A stretch of 62,438 nt of DNA from Waddliaceae bacterium. GTDB lineage: Bacteria; Chlamydiota; Chlamydiia; Chlamydiales; SLOH01. How positions within the stretch are numbered: position 1 is the first letter of the stretch; the number at the start of each line of letters is the position of its first letter. The DNA is taken from positions 1 through 62,438 of the forward strand of contig JBBDJA010000030.1 in the NCBI GenBank assembly GCA_040880105.1. Reading direction: 5' to 3'. The notes under the pieces are model-generated. The model made no database searches and was not told the origin of the DNA. It saw nothing but the letters and a program-made list of their open reading frames with translations. This document shows positions 60,568 to 62,438 of the stretch, piece after piece. The translations under genes were made by a program, and so were the position numbers.

Positions 60568-61821
60568 TTAATTGAAGCTCTGCTTTGGACTGAAAACCTT
60601 GAGAAGAGTTTCTGCTCTTTCTTCAGTAATGTTTCCGTAATCTTCTCCTCCAAAAGAGAGTCCTGATTCATACGTCTTGTTTTGCCAAGATTCAGGCAAG
60701 ATGATGTAGCCATGAGCATCATTTGTCAGTCCAAAAATGGATACATGGGAAAAGCCTAATCTATTACCTATATCTTTCAGACGCTGATCATAGAGGCAAC
60801 TTAGCTCGCCTGGTACCGTAATGAAGGCATGAGTTTGATTGAAGACAATCACATTCATTTCACTTTTATAAATATCTACAGGTAGAGCAAGTCCAAATGG
60901 TGTCGCTTGAGGTTTAAAAGCATATGAGTCTTTTTGAGTATTAATTTGTAGAGAGTCATTCGTAGGCGTTTCATCCCAGATTTTTTTCACTGTTTCTGCT
61001 AATGATCTTCCCAAAGTGTTACATGCATCAAACCCGTTCTCATTGAAAGCAACAGGGATAATGTCTCCTTGGGCTCCGTTAAAATAGACTGAGCATACAT
61101 CCGACCCAAGAGAAGAGAGAAGATGGTTTCTTGCATAACCAACAAAATCAGCTGAAAAAAGGCGGTTTTGAGTTTTTAATACAGTAGGGTGCACAGGATA
61201 ATTGAATAGAACAGCAAGAGGAGTATCGTCCAAATGAGTCACTTTTATGACGGTCACGTCATTAAGCGGGACTACATTCTTTGGCCAAAGGCCTCGATAC
61301 TGACTCAAGTCTTTTGCCTTTCCATAACCAATTCCGAGCTTAGCAGGAACTTGGTGATGGTATGCTTGAAAAATAGCTTCTACTGTTTGGTCAATATAAA
61401 ATTGAGTGGTTTTTTTGCTATAGGTTCCGGCTAAACTTGCTCCCAAAACTGGAATATTCAGATGAGCACCCCCTCCAGAATGGGTATGAGAAGAAGCAAT
61501 GAAAATTTCACATTCTTTAGGTTCTGAATGCGCATGAACTTTTTGAGTGATTTCTTGTACCATTTCATAGGTAAATCCTAAGTGGTCCACACTGCAAAGA
61601 GCGATCTGCTTTTCCCCATTATCGATAAAAAGAGCGATAGCAAGTAGAGGGTCATGGATTCCCTCCATTCCCTCTCCATTTCTATCTGTATAACCTGCAG
61701 AAGGGGTACCAATAGGTGGTGTTATATTGGTTTTTCCAATTCCAACATTTATGGTTGCATTGCCAAGAATCGGAAGAGTGATAGTAAGAAGTAATAATAG
61801 ATAGCGAGCAATGATGTTCAT
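60568..61821 (-). CDS. Neutral/alkaline ceramidase-like hydrolase, secreted
   Basis: DPL.A.AL, SHTHSG, NYPVHPT, SADF.G, GAQGD, PGE. Confidence 0.8.
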   Translation of the reverse strand: MNIIARYLLLLLTITLPILGNATINVGIGKTNITPPIGTPSAGYTDRNGEGMEGIHDPLLAIALFIDNGEKQIALCSVDHLGFTYEMVQEITQKVHAHSEPKECEIFIASSHTHSGGGAHLNIPVLGASLAGTYSKKTTQFYIDQTVEAIFQAYHHQVPAKLGIGYGKAKDLSQYRGLWPKNVVPLNDVTVIKVTHLDDTPLAVLFNYPVHPTVLKTQNRLFSADFVGYARNHLLSSLGSDVCSVYFNGAQGDIIPVAFNENGFDACNTLGRSLAETVKKIWDETPTNDSLQINTQKDSYAFKPQATPFGLALPVDIYKSEMNVIVFNQTHAFITVPGELSCLYDQRLKDIGNRLGFSHVSIFGLTNDAHGYIILPESWQNKTYESGLSFGGEDYGNITEERAETLLKVFSPKQSFN

Positions 61822-62049
61822 AATCTCTCTCTTAATGATGCAAACTGCAATGGTTATAAGATAAAATCTATGGTGTGCAATGACTTGCATATTTTAACAT
61901 TAAAACCCAATAAATCCCAGTAGCATTTTAGCTATAAACGCCTTGTCATCTAGCTCATAGTGGTTGGATGGTATTAGGTGATATGAAGGCGACCGGTTTT
62001 ATAACACAAAGGATTTAAGGTTCAAATCCGGGGTGCTCCACTCTTTCTC

Positions 62050-62081
62050 AACCCTTTTGGTTAGCAAATCTAAAAAGGGTT
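62050..62081 (+). terminator. Hairpin after the degenerate attR
   Basis: aaccctttt/aaaagggtt stem. Confidence 0.5.
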
Positions 62082-62438
62082 TGTCTTCAGTAGTTAGTTT
62101 ATAGATTCTCTGATCAAATTGATGGTTAATTTTTTATGTTTGTTTGTTAAATGTATATCAATATTAATGTAAGAATTAATTTTATTTTGAAGTTAAAGTG
62201 TGTTATTTTTTTCTTGAAATAATTAGTAACCGTCGTTTTTGTTATGGTCCAAAAATCTGCTGAAAACGTAGCTATAGCTTTATATATCTTACGTGATTCA
62301 TTTATCTAGTTGTTAATAAAAAATTCTAATTATTTTTGATTTCGTTTGTTTAAGTCATACAATCTTATATATTTACACTTGATTTTATTGCAGGTGCTAT
62401 AGCATAATGATTTTTGGGTTTTTAATTTGGAAAAGGAT

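Larger units (their letters stand above)
56109..62047. mobile_element. Decayed tRNA-integrated genomic island
   Basis: attL 56109-56137 vs attR 62019-62047 (25/29 identical); integrase remnant next to the tRNA. Confidence 0.7.

Noticed and set aside
61950..62047. Second tRNA gene
   Set aside because: Only the T-arm and acceptor 3' part match; no proper cloverleaf, so treated as attR

Overview
About 62 kb of an AT-rich chromosome that looks like an environmental Chlamydiae member. The basis is the ssrA-ileS-lepB-CT021-like synteny, a chlamydial-type long LepB, and F-box and repeat effector-like genes. The left ~41 kb is an accessory zone ending at a minus-strand tmRNA gene (40964-41358). The main observation is an array of about eight hairpin + tmRNA-3'-end + 'WRWRDxFRTFxW' junction repeats (21.5-39.5 kb). 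They divide the zone into small cargo units (Fic, HNH, GNAT, AAA/DUF4143 ATPases, Smr, DUF2975-HTH and others). A large-serine-recombinase stub reads into the tmRNA, so this appears to be an integron-like or tandem-island cassette array anchored at ssrA. Other accessory content includes a bphO-bacteriophytochrome operon, arsM-arsR-arsC, a nucleotidyltransferase-kinase/glycosyltransferase cluster, a sphingomyelinase-like gene and a 32-aa repeat protein. The right part holds core genes (ileS, lepB, macrodomain-pncB-pncA, msrA, two BON proteins) and a decayed ~6 kb island between a tRNA(CAT) and a degenerate attR. All calls come from reading motifs by eye; no database searches were run.
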